DNA from: Bacteroidota bacterium
Lineage (GTDB): Bacteria > Bacteroidota > Bacteroidia > Flavobacteriales > Flavobacteriaceae
NCBI GenBank assembly: GCA_023387965.1
Contig: JAEWHE010000014.1
Span: forward strand, 157,875-221,874
Reading direction: 5' to 3'
DNA: 64,000 nt
The translations under genes were made by a program, and so were the position numbers. The notes beneath the pieces were generated by a model. That model saw nothing but the letters and a program-made list of their open reading frames with translations. It did not search any database and had not been told where the DNA came from. Below, piece after piece: positions 18,362 through 31,568 of the stretch; positions within the stretch are counted from its first letter, which is position 1; each line of letters starts with the position of its first letter.

Positions 18362-19138
18362 TTAAAGCAACCACAAAACCGCTTCCGCAAAACCTTCTCG
18401 CCATAATTTTTCGTTGTGTTCGCCACCTTTAACTTCCACTAATTTGTCGAGTTTCAGACAATAACAGCGGTTTTCATCGAGCAATTTTTTCATCCGTTGC
18501 ACTTCCGCTACTAACGTTTCACTTTCTTTATCGCCGTACAAAAAGAAAATTTTGGCTTTAATTTTTTCTGACTTTTGCGTAAGCGAATAAATTTCGTCAG
18601 AAAACCAAAAAGATGGCGAAAAAACGCCCGCTTTTCCGAAAACTTCCGGATATTTCAATACAGCATAATAGGAGACCAAACCTCCAAGAGAACTTCCAAA
18701 AATCACTGTATTATTTGCATTAGATTTCGTTCGGTAATTTTTGTCAACGTGCGGTTTTAAGGTTTTCACGATGAATTCTAAATATGCATCTGCTTTTCCG
18801 CCACCATATTTTTCATGTGGAAAAGGCGTTAATTCATCGATTCTTTTTTCGTTTCCGTGTTCAATCCCAACGAGAATTGCCTTTGTTTTCAGGCTATCAA
18901 GTGTTTCATCCACTTGCCATTCACCTGCAAAAGAAGTTTTGGCGTCAAATAAATTCTGAGCGTCGTGCATGTAAATCACAGGATATTTTTTGTTAGAATT
19001 TTCACAACCAATGGGCAAATACAGCCAGATTTTTTTGGTTGTTGAAAGTTGTGGTGCTTCAAGTTCAAACTGTAAAACCGTTCCCTTTTGAGCGAAAACA
19101 AAAAGTGGAAGAATCAGGAATAAAATGAGATATTTCAA
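18362..19138 (-). CDS. Alpha/beta hydrolase (putative esterase)
   Basis: YPVIYMHDAQNLF, GSSLGG nucleophile elbow, HNEKLW; signal peptide. Confidence 0.88.
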   Translation of the reverse strand: MKYLILFLILPLFVFAQKGTVLQFELEAPQLSTTKKIWLYLPIGCENSNKKYPVIYMHDAQNLFDAKTSFAGEWQVDETLDSLKTKAILVGIEHGNEKRIDELTPFPHEKYGGGKADAYLEFIVKTLKPHVDKNYRTKSNANNTVIFGSSLGGLVSYYAVLKYPEVFGKAGVFSPSFWFSDEIYSLTQKSEKIKAKIFFLYGDKESETLVAEVQRMKKLLDENRCYCLKLDKLVEVKGGEHNEKLWREGFAEAVLWLL

Positions 19139-19191
19139 TTTTTTCGTTAAATTAATTTTAAAATAATAAATTAGCTAAAAATACAACATTT

Positions 19192-19593
19192 ATGAAACTA
19201 CATGATAAGAAATTAACGCTGCTTCTTGAAATGACTTCCTTTGCTCTTGTGGATGGAAAGCTCCATGAGCGAGAATATCAGTTTTTAAGCCTTGTCGCAA
19301 GCGAACTTAAAATACCTCAAGAAATGTTTCGTAATCTTTTGCGTCTACAAATCAATCCGGCACCAATAAAACCTGAAACCATTCGAATTGAGCATTTTTA
19401 CAGATTGGCACTTTTAATGTTTTGTGACGGTGTTATTGACGAAAGAGAAGAAATTGCAATTAGGGAAATAGGCGTGAATATGGGACTTGACCCTTTCGCC
19501 ATCAATCGGATACTTAAAGAAATGGAACAATCGCCATCACGGATAATCGACCCAGAAAGATTGATTAAGATTTTTATGGAGCAGAAGAATTGA
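19192..19593 (+). CDS. TerB-like protein
   Basis: Duplicated ALVDGKLHERE / MFCDGVIDERE motifs. Confidence 0.8.
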   Translation: MKLHDKKLTLLLEMTSFALVDGKLHEREYQFLSLVASELKIPQEMFRNLLRLQINPAPIKPETIRIEHFYRLALLMFCDGVIDEREEIAIREIGVNMGLDPFAINRILKEMEQSPSRIIDPERLIKIFMEQKN

Positions 19594-19599
19594 TTTTTA

Positions 19600-19706
19600 T
19601 TTAGAAGCACAAACTTCAGGCATCTTTTAAACTTCGTTCCCGCTTTCCGTTGCAATCTTTTGTGGCAGAAAAAGCCACAAAAGGATTTCCACTTCAATCG
19701 GGGCTA
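19600..19706 (-). ncRNA. Dispersed structured element copy D (Flavo-1-like)
   Basis: Minus strand TAGCCCCGATTGAAGTGGAAATCCTTTTGTGGC-loop-GCCACAAAAGATTGCAACGGAAAGCGGGAA...GCTTCTAAA. Confidence 0.7.
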
Positions 19707-19724
19707 AGTCAAAACTTTAGGCTT

Positions 19725-21716
<1,992 letters not shown>

Positions 21717-21797
21717 AAGATTTGCGTTGGATTACAAAGGTAATTAATATGTTTTTAGTACGGAATTGTGTTAACTTTTTATAGGAAAATTGCTAAC

Positions 21798-21829
21798 CGT
21801 CGGAATGACAAGATGGATAGAATGACAAG
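21798..21829. repeat. Degenerate half copies of the GTCATT/AATGAC REP
   Basis: CGTCGGAATGACAAG and AGAATGACAAG match the right arm at 4343-4357. Confidence 0.45.
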
Positions 21830-21869
21830 TTGCTTTATAATTTACAACACGAATAGAAAATTTTTTTTT

Positions 21870-22448
21870 TTAAAGCAAATTATGAATCTTCGCATACTGC
21901 AAAAGCATAATTGTCTTGGCATCTTCAATTTCGCCAGAAGCAATCATCTCAATTGCTTTTTCAAAATTTATTTCGAGAATCTCAATATTTTCATGTTCAG
22001 ATTCGAGTCCGCCGCCTTTTCCGGTTTTCATTTCTTTAGAATATTCTCCCACAAAAAAATGAATAATTTCCGTTACAGCTCCAGGCGACATGTAAGCCTG
22101 AAAAATTTTTTTAACCGAATGAATCGTGTAACCGGTTTCTTCCTGAACTTCACGTTTTATCGTGTCTTCCGGATTTTCTTCTTCCAGCATTCCGGCACAA
22201 GCCTCGATTAACATTCCCGATTTATTTTTGTTTAAAAAAGTAGGTAAACGAAATTGTTTGACCAAGACAACCGACTGATTTTCTTTGTTATAAAGCAAAA
22301 TAGTGGCTCCGTTTCCGCGGTCTAAAACTTCCCGCGTTTGTGTTTCGGACTTTTTTTCGTCAGTATATTGAAGCGTAACTTTTTTGTAAGTATAGTGTTT
22401 CTGTGAAAGAATTTCTTCTGATTTTATTTCGATTTTAGGATCTTTCAT
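21870..22448 (-). CDS. nudK: GDP-mannose pyrophosphatase NudK-like Nudix hydrolase
   Basis: DRGNGATILLY, REVQEETG Nudix box, YMSPG, GGGL, DAKTIMLLQY. Confidence 0.88.
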   Translation of the reverse strand: MKDPKIEIKSEEILSQKHYTYKKVTLQYTDEKKSETQTREVLDRGNGATILLYNKENQSVVLVKQFRLPTFLNKNKSGMLIEACAGMLEEENPEDTIKREVQEETGYTIHSVKKIFQAYMSPGAVTEIIHFFVGEYSKEMKTGKGGGLESEHENIEILEINFEKAIEMIASGEIEDAKTIMLLQYAKIHNLL

Positions 22449-22527
22449 GATTCAAATTTCTTTTAAAAATAGAATTTTTAAGGCAAATTTAGGGTAGACC
22501 AAATTTTAATTTTGCGTTAAAAGCGTT

Positions 22528-23190
22528 TCAGTCGAAACATTCCATCAACAATAAATCGCCTTGTTCGTGTTCAATAACGACCATTCCATCTGAAGCCGTT
22601 TTGTTAGAACTTCCGGTTCTGTAACCCATTGTAAGTGATTCATTTTGAAGTTGGTAAGTTAAATTTTTTGTAGAAATTCCACTCACTTCGCCAATGGGAA
22701 TTAAAGAAATCGGGAAATCTTTTGGGTACCACTTCTGAAATTTTTTTGGCAACTGAAAAATCTTTGAATAATCGTCTAAAATCACAATTTTTAACTGGTT
22801 TTGATAGCGAACAATGTTGGTAATATTGGTGATGGTGTGATCGGCTCGTTTTCCAGTAGCCCAAACCACATTTACTGCTTTGTGGTTTTTTTTTATCAAA
22901 TAATCGAAGGCTTTTTCGAGATCAGTTTTGTCTTGGTCTGGAGCGTGAACAATTTCTAAAGGATAATTTTTTTCACGATAAATTTCCGGATTAAAACCGC
23001 GATCGAAATCTCCAAGCAAGACATCGACCTTAATATTTAATGCCAAAACCCTTTCTATCGCTGAATCTAACACAATCACAAGAGGCGACCATTCTAATAA
23101 CTGACCCAATAATTCGTTGTTACACGAAGCACCGTTGGCAATAATTAAAGCCGGTTCCTGATCGTCGCGAACAATGTGGTGAGATGACAT
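22528..23190 (-). CDS. thiN: Thiamine pyrophosphokinase
   Basis: IANG, LGDFD, DQDKTDLEKA, GKRADH motifs. Confidence 0.85.
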   Translation of the reverse strand: MSSHHIVRDDQEPALIIANGASCNNELLGQLLEWSPLVIVLDSAIERVLALNIKVDVLLGDFDRGFNPEIYREKNYPLEIVHAPDQDKTDLEKAFDYLIKKNHKAVNVVWATGKRADHTITNITNIVRYQNQLKIVILDDYSKIFQLPKKFQKWYPKDFPISLIPIGEVSGISTKNLTYQLQNESLTMGYRTGSSNKTASDGMVVIEHEQGDLLLMECFD

Positions 23191-23209
23191 TTTAGTTTTG
23201 GTTTTAAAA

Positions 23210-23262
23210 GTTTAAAGTTCAAAGTTTCAGGTTGTGGAAACCAAAAACTTCAAACTTTAAAC
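23210..23262. repeat. Heptamer-repeat hairpin (AAAGTTT/AAACTTT)
   Basis: Arms 23210-23233 and 23239-23262, 20/24 complementary, 5-nt loop. Confidence 0.75.
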
Positions 23263-23285
23263 GTTGTATAATTATTTTATGAAAA

Positions 23286-25553
<2,268 letters not shown>

Positions 25554-25724
25554 TCAAGGATTGCAAATATAAGAAATTGAAGCTGATTTTAGAAGCGTTT
25601 GGTGGGCGAAATCGTTTGATTTGAGGATTTTAAAATTTTTTTAGGAAGAATTGTGAAATTGACAATTTTTTATCCGCAAACTGCTTTCCTGAAACTTTAC
25701 AAATATTAATATGGATTTTTTAAA

Positions 25725-25856
25725 TAGCCCTGATTAAAGCGGAAATCCTTTTTTTAATTGCCTCGGATGTTAATCCGAAGGTAATTTAAAAAAGATTGCA
25801 GCGAAAAGCAGGAATGACGTTGGCTGAAAATGCCTAAACCTTTCGCTTCTTAAAAA
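25725..25856 (+). ncRNA. Dispersed structured element copy E (Flavo-1-like)
   Basis: TAGCCCTGATTAAAGCGGAAATCCTTTT-[hairpin]-AAAAGATTGCAGCGAAAAGCAGGAA...TTCGCTTCTTAAAA. Confidence 0.7.
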
Positions 25857-25898
25857 ATAAATTGAATTAGTTAATGAGAATCTGAAACGAGTTCAGAT

Positions 25899-25930
25899 TA
25901 AAAAAAAATCCCGAATTGCTTCGGGATTTT
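25899..25930 (-). terminator. Terminator after rplS
   Basis: A-run then ATCCCGAA-TTGC-TTCGGGAT. Confidence 0.75.
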
Positions 25931-25951
25931 GGTATGAAAAGACGTGTTGAA

Positions 25952-26302
25952 TTAGATTCTTCTGTCTTTGATTTTTGCTTTTTTACCTGTAAGTTCACGG
26001 AAGTAGAAGATACGAGCTCTACGAACTTTACCAGTTTTGTTGATTTCGATTTTTTGTAAAGCAGGCATGTTGATTGGGAAAATACGCTCAACTCCTACAG
26101 CACCTGACATTTTACGGATTGTAAAAGTTTCGGTTGTACCTGAACCTCTTCTTTGGATTACAACTCCTTTGAAGAACTGTGTTCTTGTTTTTTCACCCTC
26201 TTTAATTTCGTAATAAACTGTGATTGTGTCTCCAGCTCCGAAAGTTGGGAAGTCTTTTTTTGTAATAAATTCGTCTTTCACGAATTGCATCAAATCTGCC
26301 AT
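25952..26302 (-). CDS. rplS: 50S ribosomal protein L19
   Basis: FGAGDTITV, GVERIFP, GKVRRARIFY. Confidence 0.98.
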   Translation of the reverse strand: MADLMQFVKDEFITKKDFPTFGAGDTITVYYEIKEGEKTRTQFFKGVVIQRRGSGTTETFTIRKMSGAVGVERIFPINMPALQKIEINKTGKVRRARIFYFRELTGKKAKIKDRRI

Positions 26303-26321
26303 TTTGTTTGATTTAAATTGT

Positions 26322-26384
26322 TGATTATCAGAGCAACATTCACGATTTTCGCCAGAGGTTGGTCCGAAATAGTGTGCAAAGATA
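26322..26384 (-). promoter_or_regulatory. rplS promoter (TATCTTTG) and candidate L19 ribosomal leader
   Basis: -7 box at 26377-26384 on minus, then GC-richer leader GGACCAACCTCTGGCGAAAATCGTGAATGTTGCTCTG. Confidence 0.55.
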
Positions 26385-26396
26385 ATATAAATTATT

Positions 26397-26421
26397 AATT
26401 ATGAGTTATGAATTATGAGTT
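26397..26421. repeat. Heptamer tandem repeat (TTATGAG/TTATGAA)
   Basis: AATTATGAGTTATGAATTATGAGTT; same family as 40463-40508. Confidence 0.7.
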
Positions 26422-26423
26422 TT

Positions 26424-26499
26424 TTTAAAGTTTAAGGTTAATCCGAAATCTTAAATCTTAAATCTTATATCATAAGTCTTAAATCTAAAATCATAAATC
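26424..26499. repeat. Left arm of the inverted repeat enclosing trmD
   Basis: TTTAAAGTTTAAGGTTAATC then (nnAAATC)n; reverse complement of 27178-27252. Confidence 0.8.
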
Positions 26500-27175
26500 A
26501 TCTATCCAACAAATCGGGTCTTCTGTTTTTAGTGTGTTCAAAGGCTTTTTCTTCACGCCATTGGTCGATTTTGGCAAAATTTCCGCTTAATAAAATATCG
26601 GGAACTTTTAAACCTTTATATTCTGCTGGTCTTGTGTAAATTGGTGGAGATAGTAAATTATCTTGAAAACTATCGGTTAACGCTGAAGTTTCGTTGCTTA
26701 AAACACCAGGGATCAAGCGGATTAAAGCGTCGGATAAGACCAAAGCTCCCAATTCTCCTCCGGACAAAACGTAATCTCCAATAGAAATTTCTTTTGTAAT
26801 AAATTGATCGCGAACACGTTGGTCGACACCTTTATAATGTCCGCATAAAATGATGATATTTTTCAAGGACGACATCCGGTTTGCCATTCCTTGATTTAGA
26901 GTTTCGCCATCTGGCGTCATGTAAATAATTTCGTCGTAATCTCTTTCCGATTTTAATTTGGTAATGCAATCGTCAATGGGCTGAATCATCATAACCATAC
27001 CAGCTCCACCGCCAAATTGATAATCGTCCACACTTTTTTGTTTATTCGTCGTATAATCGCGAAGATTGTGAAAATGAACTTCTACCAAATTTTTTTCAAT
27101 GGCACGTTTCATAATCGAACCTTCAAACGGGCTTCTTAATAATTCAGGTAAAACGGTGATGATGTCGATTCGCAA
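26498..27175 (-). CDS. trmD: tRNA (guanine37-N1)-methyltransferase
   Basis: [39 protein letters not shown] start. Confidence 0.98.
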   Translation of the reverse strand: MRIDIITVLPELLRSPFEGSIMKRAIEKNLVEVHFHNLRDYTTNKQKSVDDYQFGGGAGMVMMIQPIDDCITKLKSERDYDEIIYMTPDGETLNQGMANRMSSLKNIIILCGHYKGVDQRVRDQFITKEISIGDYVLSGGELGALVLSDALIRLIPGVLSNETSALTDSFQDNLLSPPIYTRPAEYKGLKVPDILLSGNFAKIDQWREEKAFEHTKNRRPDLLDR

Positions 27176-27177
27176 GG

Positions 27178-27272
27178 GATTTATGATTTTAGATTTATGA
27201 TTTAAGAGATATATTTATGATTTTAGATTTGAGATTAACTTTAAACCTGAAACTTTAAACTTCAAACTTCAG
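27178..27272. repeat. Right arm of the inverted repeat enclosing trmD
   Basis: (GATTTnn)n then GATTAACTTTAAACCTGAAACTTTAAACTTCAAACTTC. Confidence 0.8.
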
Positions 27273-27273
27273 T

Positions 27274-27726
27274 TTACGCTCCAAACTGTTTCAAGTGATG
27301 ATCCAAATGTTTCCACTGGATAGAACCCCATTGCTCATCGGTTAAAGTTCCGAAAAAAGGGTGTTTTTTATTCGGGATGGAATTGGGTCCTTCGGTCGAA
27401 AATTTTTCAATCAGTTCAATTAATGTAGTTCGGGCTTGTTCAAAATCATGTTGCCCGGAAATTCTAAATTCTTTCGCTGTTGGCAAATCTTTTTTAAATC
27501 GAAAATTATTTTGAGTCAATTGTCTTTTGCCTAATCTTCCAAAAATATATCCCAAAAGACCCACTTTTATTTTCAAATCACCAAAAGCAACTTTAATAGG
27601 TTGTTGGCAATGCACTAACATTTGACCCACATTCATTGTTCCCCATTCATTTTGGGAAATAGGTTTCAACGAATTAATTCTGTCAATGATTTGGCGGCTT
27701 CCTTCAGGATGAAATAGCGTTTCCAT
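27274..27726 (-). CDS. DUF1569 / DinB-like protein
   Basis: WGTMNVGQMLVHC, HPFFGTLT..W..HLDHHLKQFG. Confidence 0.85.
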   Translation of the reverse strand: METLFHPEGSRQIIDRINSLKPISQNEWGTMNVGQMLVHCQQPIKVAFGDLKIKVGLLGYIFGRLGKRQLTQNNFRFKKDLPTAKEFRISGQHDFEQARTTLIELIEKFSTEGPNSIPNKKHPFFGTLTDEQWGSIQWKHLDHHLKQFGA

Positions 27727-27883
27727 AAAAATTTTGGCTATAAAGAATGTACAGTTTTTAACGAGACAAAATTATGGAAATTCGGTTGTAGTTGTGTCGT
27801 CGCTCTTATAAATTGTGATTATATTCACATAAATAATTTGTAATTTTGCACCTTTCAAAATAATCATTCAAATAAAATATAAA

Positions 27884-28816
27884 ATGGAAAACGGAATTTA
27901 CGCAAAATTCAACACTTCAAAAGGTGCAATTTTGGTGAAATTAACTCACGATAAAACCCCGGGAACTGTAGGAAACTTCGTAGGTCTTGCAGAAGGAAAT
28001 CTTGAAAATACGGCTCGTCCGCAAGGAAAACCTTTTTATGATGGTTTAAAATTTCACCGTGTAATTTCAGATTTTATGATTCAAGGTGGATGTCCTCAAG
28101 GGCAAGGAACTGGTGGACCTGGTTACCAATTTGACGACGAATTTCACCCGGAATTGAAACACGATAAACCAGGTGTTTTGTCTATGGCAAATTCTGGTCC
28201 GGGATCTAACGGTTCACAATTTTTTATCACTCACGTTCCAACGAATTGGTTGGATAATAAACATACTGTTTTTGGTCATGTTGTTGAAGGACAAGATGTT
28301 GTAGATGCTATTGCACAAGGAGATGAAATTGAAAGCCTTGAAATTATTCGCGAAGGTGAAGAGGCAAAAAAATGGAATGCCATTGAAGCTTTCAGAGTTT
28401 TTGAAGGGGCAAGATTGAAAAAAATTGAAGCAGAAAAAGCAGCTTCGGAAGCTAAAATGCAAGAGTTAGCGGCAGGTTTTGATAAAACTGAAAGCGGACT
28501 TCGTTATAAAATTATTCAAAAAGGAAACGGAAAAAAAGCTGAAAAAGGCAGAACAGTTTCAGTACATTACACGGGTCAATTAGACAACGGAAAAACTTTT
28601 GATTCTTCTTATCCACGTAAAAAACCAATCGAATTTCCTCTTGGACAAGGTCATGTTATTGAAGGTTGGGACGAAGGCATCGCGTTACTTCAAGTAGGTG
28701 ACAAAGCTAGATTTGTAATTCCTTCACATTTAGGTTACGGTTCTCGTGGAGCTGGAGGCGTGATTCCGCCAAATGCCGTTTTGGTTTTCGATGTGGAACT
28801 AATGGACGTAAAATAA
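27884..28816 (+). CDS. Cyclophilin-FKBP fusion peptidyl-prolyl isomerase
   Basis: FHRVISDFMIQGG, LSMANSG, SQFFIT (cyclophilin) plus VHYTG, FDSS, VIEGWDEG, IPPNAVLVFDVEL (FKBP). Confidence 0.95.
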   Translation: MENGIYAKFNTSKGAILVKLTHDKTPGTVGNFVGLAEGNLENTARPQGKPFYDGLKFHRVISDFMIQGGCPQGQGTGGPGYQFDDEFHPELKHDKPGVLSMANSGPGSNGSQFFITHVPTNWLDNKHTVFGHVVEGQDVVDAIAQGDEIESLEIIREGEEAKKWNAIEAFRVFEGARLKKIEAEKAASEAKMQELAAGFDKTESGLRYKIIQKGNGKKAEKGRTVSVHYTGQLDNGKTFDSSYPRKKPIEFPLGQGHVIEGWDEGIALLQVGDKARFVIPSHLGYGSRGAGGVIPPNAVLVFDVELMDVK

Positions 28817-28893
28817 TTTTTTTTGGAATAAAATTTGAGAAAGCATTCGGCAAGCGTCGGATGCTTTTTATTTTTTTGTCTAAATTTGTGTTT

Positions 28894-29433
28894 ATGAAGC
28901 AATTTTTGTTTTTCTTTCTCGTGATTTCTTTTTCTGCCAAAGCGCAAGTTGGTCAACATTGTGGTTACGATTTTACTTCGTATTTTGTTTTGAATGTTCA
29001 CGAAGAAGGTTCTAAAAAACACATTCCGGGACTAAAAATTTCTGTAGTAAATATTTTTGGAACAGAAGTGGCGAACATCAATAATATGTACAGTTGGACA
29101 GATGGTGGAAAACCTTTGATTTTTACCGAAAATTATCAAATTGACGACAATAATCAACGTCTACAATCCGGAACAAAAGCCGAAAAAGAGCGCTGGTTTT
29201 TTCCTTTTGCCAAAGAAAATTATTTGCTTTCCGTAAAAAATACTTTTCCTGCAGACGAATACAGTATTAAGATCGAAGATATGGATGGTGATGCCAATGG
29301 CGGAAATTTTGCCACACAAATTGTAAAGCTCTACAACTTTAATATGTATGTTTTATGTGCCGGAAAAGCGCGTGAAACACAATTTGGGCCTAAAATGAAT
29401 CGCCCGATTGAAATTGTTATGGTGAAGAAATAA
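28894..29433 (+). CDS. Hypothetical secreted protein
   Basis: Signal-like MKQFLFF...AKAQ; continuous ORF. Confidence 0.65.
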   Translation: MKQFLFFFLVISFSAKAQVGQHCGYDFTSYFVLNVHEEGSKKHIPGLKISVVNIFGTEVANINNMYSWTDGGKPLIFTENYQIDDNNQRLQSGTKAEKERWFFPFAKENYLLSVKNTFPADEYSIKIEDMDGDANGGNFATQIVKLYNFNMYVLCAGKARETQFGPKMNRPIEIVMVKK

Positions 29434-30088
29434 CTTGCTTTTTAAGGCTGTTTTTCCTCTTTTTTGCCATCTCTTTAAGATATCGTTTTTCGCCTTTTGC
29501 GTGTATTTTAATTGCTTTTGGTTTTAAAAAAATAATATTTTCCGCATTGATTTTGTCCCAGCGTCTTGCGCTCTTATACAAATGATGGTTTAGTTGCTCA
29601 GGGATCTTAAATTGTTCTACATCGATTCTTGCTTCAACTTCATTTGAGAAGAATTCTTTGTCTTTGTGTAAAAGTTTAAACCTGATTCTTGTTTTAAAAT
29701 CTCCATTGTACCTTACGGTTTCGGTTACAATTTTATTTTTTGGCAAAATTTCTATCGAATGATAACTATTTCCACAGGTAGAATATTGCCAAAATTCAAT
29801 TGGTTTCCATTTCCCAGTTGCATCAATCGCTTCCTGAATAATGAAGATTTGATCATCTTGAACTGACAGTTCGATTACTTTTTCGGAATTATTTTTTACT
29901 GAAACATAATATAAAGTGTCATTTTTGACTTCCACAATTAAGGAAAGGTTTTTATTTTTATCAAAGGCTTTTTCTGAAATTTCAGTTGAAACCAAATGAT
30001 TGTGATTGGAACTCATCACTTTAGTTTGTGCTTGAAAATTAGAGCAACAAAAAGATAGTAATATGATGAGATATTTTTTCATTTCCAC
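29417..30088 (-). CDS. Hypothetical secreted protein
   Basis: Signal-like N-terminus; IIQEA..GKWKPIE...TCGNSY motif; start may be 30082. Confidence 0.65.
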   Translation of the reverse strand: MEMKKYLIILLSFCCSNFQAQTKVMSSNHNHLVSTEISEKAFDKNKNLSLIVEVKNDTLYYVSVKNNSEKVIELSVQDDQIFIIQEAIDATGKWKPIEFWQYSTCGNSYHSIEILPKNKIVTETVRYNGDFKTRIRFKLLHKDKEFFSNEVEARIDVEQFKIPEQLNHHLYKSARRWDKINAENIIFLKPKAIKIHAKGEKRYLKEMAKKRKNSLKKQVISSP

Positions 30089-30633
30089 TTAATATTACAT
30101 CCCAAACTCGGTTTTTGTGTTTCAGAAAGCGAACGGTTGTAGATTAAAGCATCAATTGCATTTCGCAAATCACTTCCGCTTAACGGAATACCATTTCCTG
30201 GTCGAGAATCGTCTAATTGTCCTCGGTAAAAAAGTTTATTTTCGGAGTCAAATAAATAAAAATCCGGAGTACAAGCCGCATCATAAGATTTTGCAATTTC
30301 CTGCGAATCATCATATAAATAAGGAAAATCAAAACTGTTTTTAAAGGCAAATTCCCGCATCATTTCCGGATCATCTTGCGGATATTTTTCGGCATCATTA
30401 CTGCTGATGGCCACAATTCCCAAGCCTTGAACGCGATAATCGGCAGCAATCATTAGAATTTCCGGTAAAGCATGATGTACATACGGACAATGATTGCAAA
30501 TAAACAACACCAATGTTCCTTTTTTGCCTTTCACCGCGTCAAAAGACAAATAATGATTAGAGTTAGTGTCTCGCAAATGAAAATCTGGAGCCAAAGTGCC
30601 AAGCGGTAACATATTTGAAGGCGTTTTTGCCAT
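30079..30633 (-). CDS. Thioredoxin-fold AhpC/TSA-like protein
   Basis: FICNHCPYV, AACTPDFY, YRGQLDDSRP, SLGCNIKW. Confidence 0.9.
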   Translation of the reverse strand: MAKTPSNMLPLGTLAPDFHLRDTNSNHYLSFDAVKGKKGTLVLFICNHCPYVHHALPEILMIAADYRVQGLGIVAISSNDAEKYPQDDPEMMREFAFKNSFDFPYLYDDSQEIAKSYDAACTPDFYLFDSENKLFYRGQLDDSRPGNGIPLSGSDLRNAIDALIYNRSLSETQKPSLGCNIKWK

Positions 30634-30700
30634 TTTAGTTTCGATTTAGATTTTAAATATAGCAGATTTTTTACACCTTTGAAAAAAAACTTTTTTTACG

Positions 30701-31051
30701 ATGGAAACAGATAAAAATTTTTTGAGTTGGAACGAATTTGATCGAGTAGAAATGCGGGTTGGAACAATCTTGGAAGTAAATGATTTTCCGCAGGCAAAAA
30801 AACCGGCTTACCAACTAACAATCGATTTTGGAGCCGAAATCGGAATTAAAAAAACTTCGGCGCAAATTACAGATAAATATCAAAAAGAAGATTTGTTGAA
30901 CCGTCAAGTTGTGGCGGTTGTTAATTTTCCGAAAAAACAAATTGCCAAATTTATGAGCGAATGTTTGGTTTTAGGAGCCATTGAAAAGAGTGGGGAAGTG
31001 GTGCTACTTTCGCCGGATTTTAAAGTGGAAAATGGTTTGAGAATTGGTTAA
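30701..31051 (+). CDS. csaA: tRNA-binding / export chaperone CsaA
   Basis: EMRVGTI, KTSAQIT, VNFPKKQIA..SECLVLG. Confidence 0.88.
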   Translation: METDKNFLSWNEFDRVEMRVGTILEVNDFPQAKKPAYQLTIDFGAEIGIKKTSAQITDKYQKEDLLNRQVVAVVNFPKKQIAKFMSECLVLGAIEKSGEVVLLSPDFKVENGLRIG

Positions 31052-31058
31052 AAAAAAA

Positions 31059-31088
31059 GCCCGAAAAATTCAAAAAACTTTTCGGGCG
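31059..31088. terminator. Terminator between convergent genes
   Basis: GCCCGAAAA ... TTTTCGGGC. Confidence 0.6.
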
Positions 31089-31115
31089 GGTTGCAACATT
31101 TAAATTTTAAAAAAT

Positions 31116-31496
31116 TTAAATATCTTCAAAGCTTAAATCCGTGAAATTTGCTGTTGCTGGAGCGAATTCAGCTTCCGATTTTTCGCTAAAATATTCTTTT
31201 TTATAATCTTTTTGATGTCTTTCAGAAATTACTTCTTCTCCTTTTTGAGATAAAACGTAAGAAGTCATTTCGTCTAAAATTTCTGAAAAAGCGGCAAAAT
31301 CTTCTTTATAAAGATAAATCTTGTGTTTTTTGAAGTGGAAAGATCCGTCTTCTTCTGTGAATTTTTTACTTTCTGTGATGGTGATATAATAATCATCGGC
31401 TTTTGTAGCTCTCACATCGAAGAAATAAGTTCTTCGTCCGGCTCTCAATACTTTAGAAAAAATTTCTTCTTTTTCTAACAGGTCATTTTCTCTCAT
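31116..31496 (-). CDS. PUR-family ssDNA/RNA-binding protein (DUF3276)
   Basis: AGRRTYFFDV, YITITESKK, KHKIYLYKEDF. Confidence 0.85.
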   Translation of the reverse strand: MRENDLLEKEEIFSKVLRAGRRTYFFDVRATKADDYYITITESKKFTEEDGSFHFKKHKIYLYKEDFAAFSEILDEMTSYVLSQKGEEVISERHQKDYKKEYFSEKSEAEFAPATANFTDLSFEDI

Positions 31497-31568
31497 AATC
31501 CTCTTTCAAAAATTTTAGTGTGTTAGGTTGCCCAAAAATCGAAAAAATAGCCGAAATAAACAAAAAAA

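Noticed and set aside
19192..19593. TerB protein as part of a ter/defence island
   Set aside because: Solitary gene with no other ter or defence genes nearby.
23191..23285. TPP riboswitch before thiN (and lysine riboswitch before lysA)
   Set aside because: No recognisable riboswitch consensus; the region is a heptamer hairpin.
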